A stretch of DNA of 62,689 nucleotides, the filler included, from Vannella sp. (Eukaryota), in assembly GCA_023345925.1 (NCBI GenBank). It is 4 parts of 4 records of this genome, joined end to end, with 100 filler letters (N's around TTAATTAATTAA, not from the genome) between each part and the next. Parts side by side here need not be neighbours in the genome. Positions count along the whole stretch, not along the records: positions 16,163 to 37,961 come from JAJQQN010001284.1; 3 more parts are not named here. The stretch is one strand, 5' to 3'. Positions within the stretch are counted from its first letter, which is position 1, and each line of letters begins with the position of its first letter. Below the pieces are notes generated by a model. That model made no database searches and was not told where the DNA came from. It saw only the letters and a program-made list of their open reading frames with translations. Below, piece by piece: positions 20,204-33,534 of this stretch. Both the position numbers and the translations under genes were made by a program.

Positions 20204-22686
20204 ATGTGTCCTTCCTCTCCCCTCACTAGCAGCCCGTTCAAGCCTCCAGGAAGGTATCAGGTCTCACTGTCACCTCCAAACGTAGCAACACAACCCCGAG
20301 GGAGGTCCGCCAGTCATTTTTCAACCGGTCGGGGAGGCCGACGCCCTCAGATCTCAAGGCGTGATGAGTTCGCCTTCGTTGTTCCCGAGGAAGCCTGATA
20401 TGACTCGCCTTATCCACTCGTTTGACTATGATGTGGACGACGACCGAAGGAATGGGAACTCGCGTTATCTGTCTCGTTCAAGGCTGAGGAAGGCGAATGG
20501 TCCACAGGGAGTGGGTGCCTCTCATCCTCCTCCTGACCGTCAGATATCCTTTAATCGAGTTCCTCACGTCTACACACAACCTGCTGCTGCTGTGGTGACA
20601 CCAGCCGTCTGCCAGGACGCGGAGGGCGTTCCTGAGATCCAAAGGAGGCCCTCGCGATGTAAAGAGATGTCTCCTGAAGACCGTAAGAGTCGCTCTTCTT
20701 CTCTCTGCAATGTACCGGTGGGTTGGACCCCTGAGGAGAGCGATTCTCCGCTCCTCGTCAATGGCTTTGGCAACTACGTACGCCCTCTCTTCCACTCCCT
20801 CCTAGAGGATGTTACTAACGATAGAGGGTATCCTCTAACAGCAAATTGGGGAAACCATTGGCAAAGGAGGGTACGGAAGGGTCTTTCGAGGCCTCAACAT
20901 GCGAAATGGGCAGTTTGTGGCCATCAAGGAGGTCAAGCTGAGTGACAAGTCGATTGAGAATGATCTCCCTCAAGTGCTTGGCGAGATTCAGCTGCTCAAG
21001 AACCTCCGGCACAACAACATTGTCCGCTACATCGACTACCATTACGTACACGAGCAAGCTCTGCACATTGTTCTCGAGTACATCGAGAACGGCTCACTTA
21101 AGGATACAATCAAGAAGTTTGGACCCCTCCCAGAGGCCCTCACAGCCCGCTATACCTTCCAGATGCTCCAGGGTCTCAGCTATCTCCACCTGAAGGACAT
21201 CATTCACGGGGATGTGAAAGGAGCTAACATTCTCATCACCAAAGATGGTGTTTGCAAGCTTGCAGACTTTGGTGTTGCCACTCAGCTCAGTCCAAACGTT
21301 GTCACAACTACCCAAGCCTTCGGGACGACTTATTGGAGTACGTAGGCTCTCTCACTCATTCTTGGTCATTCGTTGGACATACAGGTCATCTAATCGTGCT
21401 TTGCAGCTGCTCCAGAGGTATTGGAACTGTCGCAAGCCTCGAAAGCGTCCGATGTATGGAGTTTAGGATGCACAGTGATCGAATTGATGACCGGAAAGCC
21501 TCCCTATCGAGAGCTCGATCCTTTGGCAGCTGTAAGGAAGATCTTAGAGAACGATATGCCCCCATTCCCGGCTGATACTAGCCCGGAACTGAATGACTTT
21601 CTCACTTCTTGCTTCCAAAAAGATCCGCTGAAGCGCTCTGCTATCTCTGAGCTACAATATCACCCTTGGATTCGTAAATTTGGCCGCCGCAGGTCCTCCC
21701 GACCGTTCAGGTCGGAGGAATCCACCGAGGATCTGAATGCTATGCTCCATCGCCTTAAGGCACCATCTAACCTTTACGGTTTCGACTACATTCGCGATGA
21801 CGAGCTTGCGTTGATTGTCCGGAGAGATTCATATTCTCTTGTGGAGAGCTTCGAGGAACGAAACTTTATCTGGAGGAGTCCACAAGACCTCGAATCAGAC
21901 GCCCTTCGATCTCAATTTTGCGACTTGCAAGCAGAAAACAGGCTTCTTCAACTCTTGGTTCAACATCTGGCGCAGGAATCTGGCGGTAGGCAGGTGAACG
22001 AGATTCCTGAGAAAGTCAAAAGCACCATTCAACGGGTGGAGAAGCTCGCTATTGAGACCTCATCAGAAACCAAACTGGCTCAAACCGTGTTTGACTCAGT
22101 GAACCTTCCGATAACCATGTTTGATGGAGGAACTCGAGGTATTCTGCTGGTCAAGAAAGGAGCCAACCTTACTAGCAGCTGGAAGAAGCGTTGGGTTGTT
22201 CTTCAAGACAATTTCTTCTTCTTTTATAAGCCCGATTGTGGAGAAGACAACCCTCTTTTTGTCATCCATCTGGGGGGGAAGAAGATAACTCCTCTGGCTG
22301 AGCGGAGCACTGGCAAGAAGAACTGCTTCCAACTCACTTGCGGTGGGAATCTTTGGATGTTTGCTGCTGCAAATCCGGAGATATTGATCAAATGGGTTAC
22401 TGCTTTGGATGAGGTTCATCATTGGTGCGAAACAACGACATCTCCACCTTCCTCGGCATTAAACCATCCGGTTACGACCCTCAGCAACTCAGGAGGTGAT
22501 GCACCCACCCGAACTTTGACGACACCAATCACCAAACGAAGCCGAACGGTCCCCCGGAGTGTCACCCACTCAAAGAAGTCTGCATCTACTCATGACCCCT
22601 TTCCCGGAATACCTCTTCGCAATGATTCATCAGCAGACTTATTGGCAGTGCTCACTTCGCCAGAGAGGCGACTATCTGGAGGGTGA
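20204..22686 (+). CDS. STE-group Ser/Thr kinase (Cdc7/Cdc15/SepA-like kinase domain) with coiled coil and C-terminal PH domain
   Basis: GNY|QIGETIGKGGYGRV, VAIK, HGDVKGANIL, DFG, APE, SDVWSLG; PH motif SWKKRWVVLQDNFFFFYK..KWVTAL; introns 20778-20841 and about 21339-21406; start uncertain. Confidence 0.88.
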
Positions 22687-23086
22687 GTGACCCCCTTTTT
22701 GCCTCCTGTCTCTTCTAACAGACCCATTCTGCAGAGAGCTTTCCAACCCAGTTTCCCGTGTCATGGCACTGAAAGCCACTTCCGAAAGTACGGTTGGAGA
22801 GGTTTCCAACTCACCGCCCTTTGTTGTGTCCCGCCCGCTCTGAGGAGTAGCTGTTGTGTATAAATAGATCTGCCCAATTCCTTTCTGGGTGATCAGGAGA
22901 GTAAGTTGCAAAAAGTGAGGAAAGGGATAGTGTATTTGTTCCATATGAGAGGGATGATTAGAAGTTACAGCCTATCTCTCTCACTCAAAGTGAGTGAGAG
23001 AGACAGGATGAGACTCATAATACATTACTCTGAAGTGGATCAGATCAGGATCGGCCTCCTCGATAGATGGTTATCATTCAAGATGA

Positions 23087-23971
23087 TTAGAGGTGCATGG
23101 TAGCTTGTTGGATGCGCAGCCCCGTGAAGTCCAACACGGCTTCCGTGTTTGTCTCTTGATGGAACTTGCTTTGGGTCTTGGAGGATTCGTGCTTGTGACC
23201 GGCCGAGTACATCCCACTCAGACAGTGGCTGAATAGGAGAGACCCGGAGGACGCGAAAAACTCAAGCAGGAGTATGTGTTCAGTTGCGTTCGCCTCAGGA
23301 GAGGTGTCTGTGGGGAAGACAAAGAAAGATCCTTCACCACGAACGGGTGAGATCTCAAGAGGTCTCTGCTCAGAGTTCCAGTGGTTTCCTTCGTCTAAGA
23401 GTGAGAGACCCAACGAAGGCGCAGCGCTTGAAATGAACTGAACTCGGATAGTTGAAACGTCTGGGGAGCACTGCGTGAGCGAGAACTTCCTTCTCTTTCC
23501 GATCTTGTTTTGCGAGGAGAAGGAAACATTGCTAGTCTTCTCGTTGTACTGGCAACGGCGGCCAAACTTGCGATAGGCGCGGAGGACAGGAGGCGTGAAG
23601 AGCAGCAAGAGAGCGAGGTCTTCTTCAGGAGATAGAAAGCGTGGGGGAGTTGTTGGCTCCCTTAGCTGAACCAACTGACCACATTCCTGGTTGAACGTAT
23701 CGTTCACCAAGTCGCAGTCGGTTGGAACAGCATCAAAGGGAGTTGTAGGCGCATCCTCTTGAGACAGGAACTCGAACTCTGACCGAGAACGAGAGCCTAG
23801 AAGCATTCTTTCAACTTCGGGGAAAGTACACTCTCCAGGTACAACGAATTGATCAAGGGAGTCGAAGTCGGGGGTATCACCGAGTTGCAGAAAGAGGTTG
23901 TTCTCAGAGACCTCGGGGAAGAGGAGATCGGATGGGAAGTCGGTTTCGTTCGAAAGTTCGGGGAAGAGCAT
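23087..23971 (-). CDS. Hypothetical protein with an acidic N-terminus
   Basis: 294-aa single ORF with ATG start and TATAAATAG about 35 nt upstream. Confidence 0.6.
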   Translation of the reverse strand: MLFPELSNETDFPSDLLFPEVSENNLFLQLGDTPDFDSLDQFVVPGECTFPEVERMLLGSRSRSEFEFLSQEDAPTTPFDAVPTDCDLVNDTFNQECGQLVQLREPTTPPRFLSPEEDLALLLLFTPPVLRAYRKFGRRCQYNEKTSNVSFSSQNKIGKRRKFSLTQCSPDVSTIRVQFISSAAPSLGLSLLDEGNHWNSEQRPLEISPVRGEGSFFVFPTDTSPEANATEHILLLEFFASSGSLLFSHCLSGMYSAGHKHESSKTQSKFHQETNTEAVLDFTGLRIQQATMHL

Positions 23972-24003
23972 GATAATGAATTGCTTCGGTCGAAAGCAAA
24001 GCC

Positions 24004-24012
24004 CTATTTATA
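24004..24012 (-). promoter_or_regulatory. TATA-box candidate (TATAAATAG)
   Basis: About 35 nt upstream of ATG 23971; similar TATAAA elements at similar spacing precede the genes starting at 46599, 50503 and 40064. Confidence 0.45.
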
Positions 24013-24395
24013 CGCAACAGAAGATTGGATCCCTCCAAAATTTTGGGGTTTAGCTGAAACATAAGAAAAAACTAAGAACGTTCCAAAACGATGCTGGGGC
24101 ATATAATTGCAATTATCCGGTGATCAAACGTGACTACATCAATAAAAGGAGGGATTAATGTGTCAAATAGATAGTCAAAGTCGCTCGCAACACATCTCCG
24201 ATCACGCGCGAAAGGCAAGCAAACTACGAGAGGTGAGTTGGCGACCCTCTTAACTTGGTTCCGGCATTCAGCTTGTGTGTCCATAAGTCTCAAACAAGCA
24301 CTGGTGAACGCCTCCACTCATCAAGCTCCAAATCAGACCAAAGAATAGAAATCCATTTACAGAGTCACAGAGGTCATTCTTTTCTCATTTATTAG

Positions 24396-24742
24396 ATGAT
24401 CATCCCCGTTCGCTGCTTCACTTGCGGAAAGGTTGGTGTCCTCGTGAGGATCTCTCCGAAGCTGAGGTGTATCAGGTCATTGGGGAGAAGTATGAAATCT
24501 ACATGGATATGCTGAACTCATACACCGAAAAGTACGTTCTTGGGAGGCTCCGGAGCGGTTGACTCATCGACAGAGAAGGCAAGCGCTGGAAGCTTTGGGT
24601 CTCAACCGTTACTGCTGCCGACGCATGCTACTCACTCATGTGGAGCTCATCGAAACACTGTACGCCACAACAGGTCCTCATTCTTCTCTTCTCTAACCTT
24701 TGCTCCTCCAGGATCAAGTACTCTCCAGCCCAGAGTAGCTAG
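24396..24742 (+). CDS. RPB10: RNA polymerase I/II/III common subunit RPB10 (4 exons; absent from the ORF track)
   Basis: [67 protein letters not shown]; introns 24432-24475, 24532 to about 24578, 24660-24711. Confidence 0.95.
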
Positions 24743-24861
24743 ATCTATCTTCAGCTGATAAAGAAGCACGTCTCATTCGTTAGTCTACTTGTTGCTGAGG
24801 GCTTCAGTACCGAGCGGGAGGTGTTGTCCGAGGCAAACTCGGCAGAACGTTTATTGCGGGA

Positions 24862-25107
24862 TTAGAAGTACTTGTTGAACGCCTCTTTCTGCTCTCTTGT
24901 TGGCTGGGCAGGTGCGTAGTAGATGAAGGGCTTGGTGTAGAGCCCGCTCTTAGAATAGTTGTACCAGAAGGCAAAGGGAGTGGCAAACAGCAAAGCGTAC
25001 AGACCAAACCGATAGATCCTCAAGAAGGACATACGAGAAGGGGCATTTGTGCGGTTGAACACTCGTTTTGAGTACTCTGAGATACCAAGCCTCTCCTCCA
25101 CAGCCAT
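24862..25107 (-). CDS. Small single-pass membrane protein of unknown function
   Basis: 81-aa ORF from ATG 25107 with one hydrophobic segment FGLYALLFATPFAFWY. Confidence 0.55.
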   Translation of the reverse strand: MAVEERLGISEYSKRVFNRTNAPSRMSFLRIYRFGLYALLFATPFAFWYNYSKSGLYTKPFIYYAPAQPTREQKEAFNKYF

Positions 25108-25314
25108 CCTCTGACAAGGGCTCTGTCCTGTAAATGAGTCCTTCCCAACAGAATAATCAACACCCTTGCTATAAATCACTCAATCTTATATTTTGGCAGC
25201 ATCATCAAAGCGACCGGAGAGGGAAGCCACAAATATCTGCGAACGACGAGATATTATGAATCTGCGCTGTGGTTGGAGGATTCCGGTTCTGGTGGCAGTT
25301 TGTTCAAGGCCAGC

Positions 25315-28300
25315 ATGTCTGACTTGTCCAAGGAAGAGAAGATCAAGGCGGAGGCGGAAGCCAAGGCAAAGATTAAGGAGTCCATTGCGAGAAGGAAGGA
25401 GGAAGCGCGCTTAAAGAAGGAGGCCGAGGAGCAGGAGGCAGCTGGAATTGCGGCCAAGGCTGCAGAAGAACAGCGCTTGTTGAAGGAAGAGCGCAAGCGA
25501 AAGCGAGATGAAGAGATCCAGAAGCAGAAGGCTGAACAACAGGCCGAAGCAGAGCGTCTCCAAGCCGAGGAGGAGGTACGACAGGAAGAAGCTCGCCAGA
25601 AGCGCAAAGACATCCTTGAGAAGCAAAAGGAAGAGGCTCAGAAGAAGCGCGAGGAGGAGGAGCGCCTGAAGAGAGAACAAGAGCTTCAGGAGGCTGAGCG
25701 CATCCGGGTCCAAGAAGAGCGCCTGCAGAAGCATCGTGAGCAAGCAGTCCAAGAGCGTGGAGGAAAGCAACGCGAAGAAGAGGATCGCAAGCGCCGTGAG
25801 GAGGAGGAGCAAGAGGAGCTGAAGCGGAAACAACGAGAACAGATCCAGCGAACCAAAGAGGAGGCCCAGAAGAAGCGGGAAGAGGAAGAGAGAGTCCGTA
25901 AAGAGCAAGAAGAACAAGAAGCAGAACGTATTCGACTTCAAGAAGGGCGAATCCAGAAGCAGAGGGGACGGGCTCAAACTGTCAAGACTGAGAAAGCACG
26001 CGCCGAGGAGGAAGCCCGTCTACGCGAGAAGGAGGAACTCCTTGCAGCTGTAAGTCACTCCGTCATACGTCCTGGTTACCTCTAACATTCAGTTTCCAGG
26101 AAAGAGCAGCCAAAGAGAAGATCCTCCGGGCAAAGCAAGAAGCTATCCAAAAGCGTGAAGAGTTGGAGAAGGAGCAAGAGCTCCGCCGACTAGATCTGGA
26201 GCCAACACAGGCAGGAGAAGGTACCCTCAACTCCGATAAGCTCCGCCGTCACAAGGAGGAGATTCAACGACAGAAACAGGAAGCTGAAGAGAAGGCGCGC
26301 CAAGAAAAGGAGAGAGAGGAGGCTGAAGCACAACAGAACCAGGATGAGATGCGCAAGAAGATTCTTGACCGAAAGGCTGCCAATGCTGAGCAAGAGGACC
26401 AGAAGAGGCGCGAAAAGGAGGCTCAGCGTCTTGCTGAAGACGAAGCTATTGCCGCGAAGAAAGCAGAGCAGCGTCGAATCATCGAGGCTAACAAGGAGGA
26501 GAGCCGACGCAAGAAGGAGGACCAAGAGCGTGAGGAGAAGGAAGCACGACTCAAGGAAGAAGAGGGGCGCAAACTGGAACTTGCTCAGCGCAACCGTCGC
26601 CGAAAGGAAGAGCTAGCAGCGAAGAAGGCTGAGGAGGAGGCTAAGGAACGCGAGAAGAGAGAGAAGGAGCTTGCCGAGGCCAAGGTCGCTGAAGTGGAGC
26701 GCAAGAAGCTCCAGGAAGAACGCCGCAAAGAACTACTTCGCCAGAAGCAGGCAGAAGAAGAGGAAGAGCGGAAGGTTCGAGAAGAATCTGAGAGCAAGCG
26801 CTTGTTGCTTGAAGAAGAACAGCGACAAGCTCTCAAGCGCCACATGGAAGAGGTTCGTGCTCGCCAAGAGGAGGAAAAGAATCTCGAGGATGAAGAACGA
26901 GTCAAACTCGAGCAAGCACGAGCGGCAGAGTTCGAGGCAATCCAAATCAAGCGCAAGGTAGAGATGGAGCGTGTTATCAAGGAGGAGGAAGAGCGCCGGA
27001 AGAAGGCTGAAGAGAAGATGAAGCAGCTGGGACAAAAGGCCCCCGTCAACCGCTGCGGACTCTTCTCAGTGTTTGGAGAGGAGCCTGGCTTGGAGATTTG
27101 GGTGCTGGGAGACCAGCAAATCAGCAAGATTGCCAAAGCCAAGCACGGTTTGCGTGGACTCATCGGAGAGAGCCACGGTTCCTTCCATTCTGAACGCGCC
27201 TACACAATCCTTCACACCTCCTTTGTCGGGGGCTTCTATCGCTATCGCCTACACTCTTGGATTGGAGCCGAGTGCTCGGAAGAGATGAGAAAGCAATCAG
27301 AAGAGCGTCTGAAAGAGCTCGAAACTGGTCTCGTCATGGAAGATCTCGAGACAATCACTCGCGAGTACCAGCGCGAAGAGTCTGACGAGTTCCGCGCTTA
27401 CTTTGAGAAGCCAATTGAATACGTTGAGTCAGTGAGCTTGAAGACTACGACCGGTCCCAACTACATGGACAAGTCACTTTATCGCATCAAGGGACGGAAC
27501 ATGGTGCGGTGCAAGCGTATCGACCCGTTGGCCAGTAACCTCAACTCTGGAGACGTGTTTGTTCTTGAAGACAGTTTTGGCATTTACCAATTCAATGGGC
27601 GCAAGAGCAACAAGATGGAACGTGGTAAGGCGCTGGATTACGGAGTCCAATTGCGTATTGAACGCAATGCCCGTGTGAGGGTCTATGTCGTGGATGAGGG
27701 CAATCCACAGTGTGAGCACGAGAACAACAAGTTCTGGGCTGTTCTGACACTTGACCGCGACGAAAAGGGCGAGTTCATTCTCCCCGAGGGGCATCCTGAT
27801 TCCGGGGCCATTGGTGGTACTCCCAGTGGTTTGGCAGTTCCCATTACACCCCCAGAAGAGGCTGGTAATGACGAGGAGTTCGAGACTCAGTACATCAGTA
27901 GCTGGAAGATGTACGAGGTTCGCCCCAAGAGCATTCCTGAGGACAGACAGCCTACAGAAGACGTCGAAGTGGAGTGGCGTGCCATCCCTCTCTCACCCAA
28001 GGGTCCTTCTGTGGACCAACTGAGTGAATGGAGCGTAGTTGTCTTAGATTGTGACACAGAACTCTTCGTCTGGTACGGCAACTTCTCCTCACAGAAGGCT
28101 CGAAAGATTGCCCGAGAGAAGGCCAAGGAGTTCTCTCTCGAGCCCACTCGCCAAGCTTGCACTGTGATTACGAAAGTACGCCAGCAGACAGAGCAGTACC
28201 TCTTCAAGGAGAAGTTCCTGGGCAGCTGGGGCGAATATGCAGACTTTGACTTTACTGAAGAGCACATTCGCGGCAACATTGCCGTTCTGCAGCAGGAGGA

Positions 28301-29459
28301 GATCAATATTGACTGCATGTACCACCCAGAGAAGTATGCCAATGCTTCTGAGGACCGCATTCTCCCCATCCCCAACAAGGACAACTCCGTTCCTTCTTCG
28401 TTGGAGATTTACTTGGTCACTGCGCGTGACAAGATCGAGGTCCCTGTCTCGGAGCATGGTACGTTCTACTCTGGCAATTGCTACGTTATGATGTACGAGA
28501 TGCGCTTTGGTGTGGACCAGGCTGGCAATGACAAGACCCGAAACGTCGTCTACTTCTGGCACGGCTGGCATGCCTCTCGTGAGGACAAGGGGTTGAGCGC
28601 TCTTATCGCTGGTGATGTAGCAAAGCGTCTCCGATTCTCCCAGGTTCTCCGCGTGGTCCAGAACAAGGAGCCTGACCACTTCCTCTCTCACTTTGCACCA
28701 ACCATGAAGGTCTGCTTGGGCAAGCGACCAGAGCCCGTGTCTCCCTTCTCTGGCAAACGCATGTACCACATCCGAGGTACCAACTCAATCAACGTACACG
28801 CCTGCGAGACCATCCCCCTGGCCTCCAATCTCAACACCAACGACTCCTTTGTGGTGGCGAACGGCGGAACTGTCTTCGCGTGGAACGGGAAAGGGGCCAA
28901 CGAGAGCGAGCGTACCTCCGCTCTTGCCATTGCTAAGCAGGCGAGTGAGGAGTTCTATGCTGTCGAGGAGGGAGCCGAAGAAGCTTCCTTTTGGGAGACT
29001 CTGGGAGGCAAGAGCGAGTACGTCTCTCAAGAGGGATTCCAGTCCAAGGACATTGCCTCTGTGCTCTTTGAATGCACCAACACCATTGGTGTCTTCAAGG
29101 TGTACCGATTGGAGGAGTTCTCACAGGAAGACCTCGTCTCTCGCAACTGCTGCCTTCTCGATGCTGGTGACCGCGTCTTTGTGTGGGTAGGAAGTGACGC
29201 TAATGACTCTTGTGTCAGCATGACCATCGAAACAGCCAAGAAGTACATCTCTTTTGAGAGCGAGGAGAAGCCCAAGAGGGAGAATGTGACTCTGACAACC
29301 GTCAAGGCAGGCGAAGAGACCACTTTGTTCCAAGCCTACTTCCACACGTGGGACAGCAAGTCTGCCAAGGAGTCCCGTGACACGTACCAAAGCAAGTTGG
29401 ATGCTCTTCGCGCCTCCAGTCCCATTGCCAGTCCCCTTCCCACTCGAAGACGCAAGTGA
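25315..29459 (+). CDS. Gelsolin/villin-family actin-binding protein with a long N-terminal E/R/K-rich helical region
   Basis: Gelsolin repeats (PGLEIW, HGSFHS..HSWIG, LNSGDVFVLE, GTFYSGNCYV, VVQNKEPDHFL, LNTNDSFV, FSQEDL..LLD..VFVWVG); phase-0 intron 26050-26099; no headpiece seen. Confidence 0.9.
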
Positions 29460-29542
29460 GCGCCTTCCCTTTGTTAAACTTGTTCTCTTCCTCCCTGTTG
29501 GCGTGGAGAAGGGAGAGAGGGCGTGTATTCATCACGGCCCAC

Positions 29543-30454
29543 TCATTCTTCATCAGAGGAGGACGCAAGGACGCGGTTACCCGTGGGAACGCTTTCTCCA
29601 TCACTGTCCGAGTCAAAGCGGGTCTCTTGTCGAGGAGGGCGGCGAGTGGGAGGCCGTTCTACTTCGTTGTCGCTTTCGTAGTCCATTGGGTCTTCGATGC
29701 CGTAGTCTTCCATCACATCGCCGTCGTCTGAGTCGTCATCGTCGTACTGGGAGCCCATCTCGAGGAAGTTGGCGGACATTGGCGTCCTGCTTGATTCCCG
29801 GACTCGTTCTCTCGGCCTGCGGATCTGTATAGTCTATGTATTGTGAGTAGGGCCTCTCTCAGTGGTCGTGAACCACCTACTTCTTGCTTTCGCTTGGAGA
29901 GTAAAGAGTGGTCGGTGACGAAGCCTGTCTTCCTCACTGACTTCTGCTGATGGCCTCCCTCGCCCAAAGAGATCTTCTGTTGTAGCTTGGCATAAGGGCT
30001 TGCAGGAATGAGGTCCATTTGCCTCTTTACATGCGCCTGCCCGCCGAAGGAGGGCAGCGGGTTGATCTCAGAGTAGATGAGATTGTTGGGCTTGTCCTTG
30101 GCTACATTCACTCGATAGATGGTCTTGTTACCTACCATCATGTGCATGGTACCATCAGACCACTTGACTAGGCGAGTGTTCGACACCCGTTTGGTGTTGC
30201 CGTCTTCGTCTACCTCCTCGCGCCATCGAATGATGCTATCAGGGAGCTTGTTTGATCTATCTAGATGCCTATATGTCTGTACTAGCGTAAGCACAAGGTC
30301 CCCCCTCCACTCAGCACCTCACCTCCGGGTCCCAAGGGTGTGAGTCGTACTCTAACGTCCTCAGTTTGGTGATAAAGGACTATCCCAGCACTCTCCTATC
30401 AGCTCTATCACTCTCCTTCACTCAAGTGCTCACCTCCCGATCCATTGGAACCAT
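29543..30454 (-). CDS. LEO1: Paf1 complex subunit Leo1-like, multi-exon
   Basis: SIIRWREEVDEDGNTKRVSNTRLVKWSDGTMHMMVG matches the Leo1 core; acidic C-terminus; start at 30454 is inferred. Confidence 0.8.
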
Positions 30455-30522
30455 CGGGACGTCCAAGAAGTGCTCAAAAGACATGGCCAAGAGGAAATGA
30501 ACTTCATTTGGGTCTTGGGACC

Positions 30523-32428
30523 ATGTTCGGGACACCAGAAGGACTGGGAACCGCGCAGGAGTCACGTGGGATCACCACGAGTCTATTCCAAGCACAAAGG
30601 GCGATGGGGAGCCGAGAGGGAGCCACTACTACGCCGCAAAGTGCCCCAGGTGGGGTGGAGGATTGGTGGCGCGGGGAAGTCGAGCTGTGGCGGAAGGGAG
30701 CTTGCTTCTTCTGGCTAGTAATTGGTATGGGAGTGTCATACTTGTTTGTGTTCCTTCCCACGGGCCTACTGGATCTCTACAGTACCGGATCTCTCACTTT
30801 ATGTCTCGCTCTCGTCCTATTCTCCCAACAGGCGCTTCGTTCAGGTGATTCCTCGCCTCCTTTCTCTTCTCCTACCTTACACATCAATAGTACATCAAGG
30901 AGGTGTCGCACATGACACTCCTGTACCTCCATTGGGGGCGTACTTGTGCTTGTTCATCAGTTCGGTCCTCGCTTTGATCTCGATCGGTGCCTCCGGCTCG
31001 CAGGCGAATGAGAAGCTGATCTTCACATGCTTGGAAGTGTTCAATCATGGTACAGAGGAGCGAGAAGTCTTCTGCTTGAACGAACGGTCCCTTTGCATGA
31101 TCCTCTTCGCTGTTTACTTGTCACTCTTTGTCATTGGGCGGTACTGGTGGGATCATCAGTACGTGGTGGCCTTTCCATCAATCCAGGTATGGTTTAACGG
31201 TCCCAGAGCTCTACCCTTCTCTTATTCAGTGCGAGAGCAGCAGGGAAGATGGTTCAGGATGAAGGCTCGGCTTCCTTTGATCGCTCAGGAGGCGATTTGG
31301 GTTAGCTTCATTGTCACAGTATCGTTTTACATCATCTACTTCATCTGGAGTGGCCTCCTTTCCTCTCTAGCGGTAGCTTTCGTCTCCCTCTTCGTCCAGT
31401 AAGCTTCCTTCGACCTTCAAAGCTATGTCAGAGCCTCTAATCAGTTCACTTTATCATTAGTACTTCTGTTTACGTGCATCCACCGATGTGGAACTCCTTC
31501 TTTTCGCTCCCTCTTGTCGGACAGATCACAAAAACCTGTCTCATCTTCGTCTTCTTCTTCCAATGCTGCCGCCACATCTGTGATGTGTTCTTTACACAAT
31601 GGAAGAGCTTTAGAATGGGCCAAACGAACTCCCCAACCTTCCTTCTTCAAGGAATCCAAAGTGAAATAGCTGCAATTCACTTTGCCGCCTTGCTGGACCT
31701 TCATCATGTATCAAGATATGAACACGGGCGTCGAAAAGAACTCTTTGCTAGCGAGCAAGCATGGGAGATTGTACAGCAGCGGACAGTGGACGTGGTGAAC
31801 CAATTTACCCTTCGCCTTCAAGACGCCTGCGCGTATGAGATAGCGCACAGCCAGAACAAGACCGTAGTCCACTGGTTTAAGAAGATTATCCAGCCTTCGC
31901 TTCAGGGAGACGAGGAGGAAGCCCCTTCTCGAGCGCCCACTTGCGAGGAGATCTTTGGGAACTCACAGGCCGTTGTTTGGGCCATTAAGAGTGAGTAAAG
32001 CACGGTCGACTCTTCAATGAATGGGGATTGACAACGTGGTCAGGCCTCAGCAACTTGGTAGCGATTGCCAATGTTGAAGATCAATTAGGAACAGTCCAAC
32101 GTGCTCAGGGACCCGCCAGAGCTCTCAACTCCTTACTCTCTTGCGTTCTCATTCTCGAGAAGGTAAGCTTAGCACTTGGCAATGCGATTCTGTGACGAAC
32201 TCGAACTCACTTGGAACGGTATAGTTCGTAGAATTAGAGATTCTTGACATCCCTGGCGCTGAAGGCTTCCAAGTCCTCCATCCTTACCCCTGCACAATCG
32301 CATCTGTGCTTAATGATGGCATCTACCGGCTTACCATTGAATACGCAAAGTCCATTCGCCCCATCAAACAACGCCTGAGCGCTCCGCTTCAGTCCAAACT
32401 GCAAACTTTCATTGCTTTTGAAAGATAA
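30523..32428 (+). CDS. NDC1: Transmembrane nucleoporin Ndc1, multi-exon
   Basis: N-terminal multi-TM half; C-terminal IFGNSQAVVWAIK|GLSNLVAIANVEDQLGTVQ...DGIYRLTIEY...KLQTFIAFER matches Ndc1. Confidence 0.8.
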
Positions 32429-33534
32429 ACTCCTTCCGGTGCCCTCTGGCTTCCACCATGGACTGTTTTAAGAGTTCATCGCCCTACCATACCACCATTG
32501 TGGTTTACTGGGGCGTGAACTCTCAGAACGCGTATCTTGTGACCTCTTATCGTGACAATCAACGTTCCCTGGAAAAGTGGAGTTCGACTCTGTTCTTCTG
32601 GTCATGTTTATTTTATAGTTGCGGCTTGATTGCCAAGCCGCTGGGTGAGAGAGGGACCAATGTTATGTGGCATTTTATTGCCCCGCTGCAGGAGTGACGG
32701 GTGATTTTGCTAATTTTTTTGATGTTGTGAGTGAAGTAAGCACTTCTTTAGTGGACGGAAAATGTGTTTCTCCAGCAGGAAAGACCTCCTCAACGGGACG
32801 ACAACCGGAACGCGGGCGCCGTTGTCCTTAACCCTGCGAACCTCATGCTCTTCTGGATCTTTGCAATCAGTCCTGAACTTTGGTGAGATGTTGTGGTGTT
32901 GTTGTTCTTGTCCTGTTCTATTGCATTCTTTGCTGGAAGAAGCCTCAGTTCCTTGATGATTCTTGCTGTCATGCCCTTATCTTCTGACTCTGTTTGCAGT
33001 GTAAGCAGCCCTTTTCATTTGCTTTGCGTCCACCTCTCGAGTCTTTCACCCTCTGTAAGACTCTTTCTGCAAGCGAAAGTCACGCCATGTGTTGTGCGTT
33101 CACCCCGAACATTGATCTTCTCAAAAAGATCCATGTTCTAGTCCCTTTCAACACATGGCGGGATTGATCAATTACATGCACCAGCCAGAAGCGTTCCTTC
33201 CCTTGTGTTGGCGAGCCGTAGACTACTCGAAGAAACGAAGACGCAACGAACTTCCTCATGCTGATGAAGAACCTGTGTATGGTGCTAAACGACTGGCTAT
33301 GGAATCAAGGAGTTGTTTTCGTTGCTCCAGAGCCAGGTTGACTGGATCAATTGATCTCCTTGGTTCCTCTTGGAGCAGAAATGAAGACAGCTTCATCCAC
33401 TTCTCTCTGGCTCCTCTCAATCCGATTTGATGCAAGGCAACCAGGGTCTTATTCCTTAAGAGACAGCTCGTTGTCCTCAAAGGTAAATTAGCTTGAGCAT
33501 GCTGGCTTTCTGTTCTATATTACAATGGCCAGCC

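Noticed and set aside
25411..27163. Long Leu/Phe/Ser-rich minus-strand ORFs
   Set aside because: Antisense shadows of the E/K/R-rich coding strand.
32458..33480. Several short ORFs between NDC1 and the GATA gene (e.g. 33155-33430)
   Set aside because: No motif and no convincing exon chain; a small gene is possible but cannot be supported.
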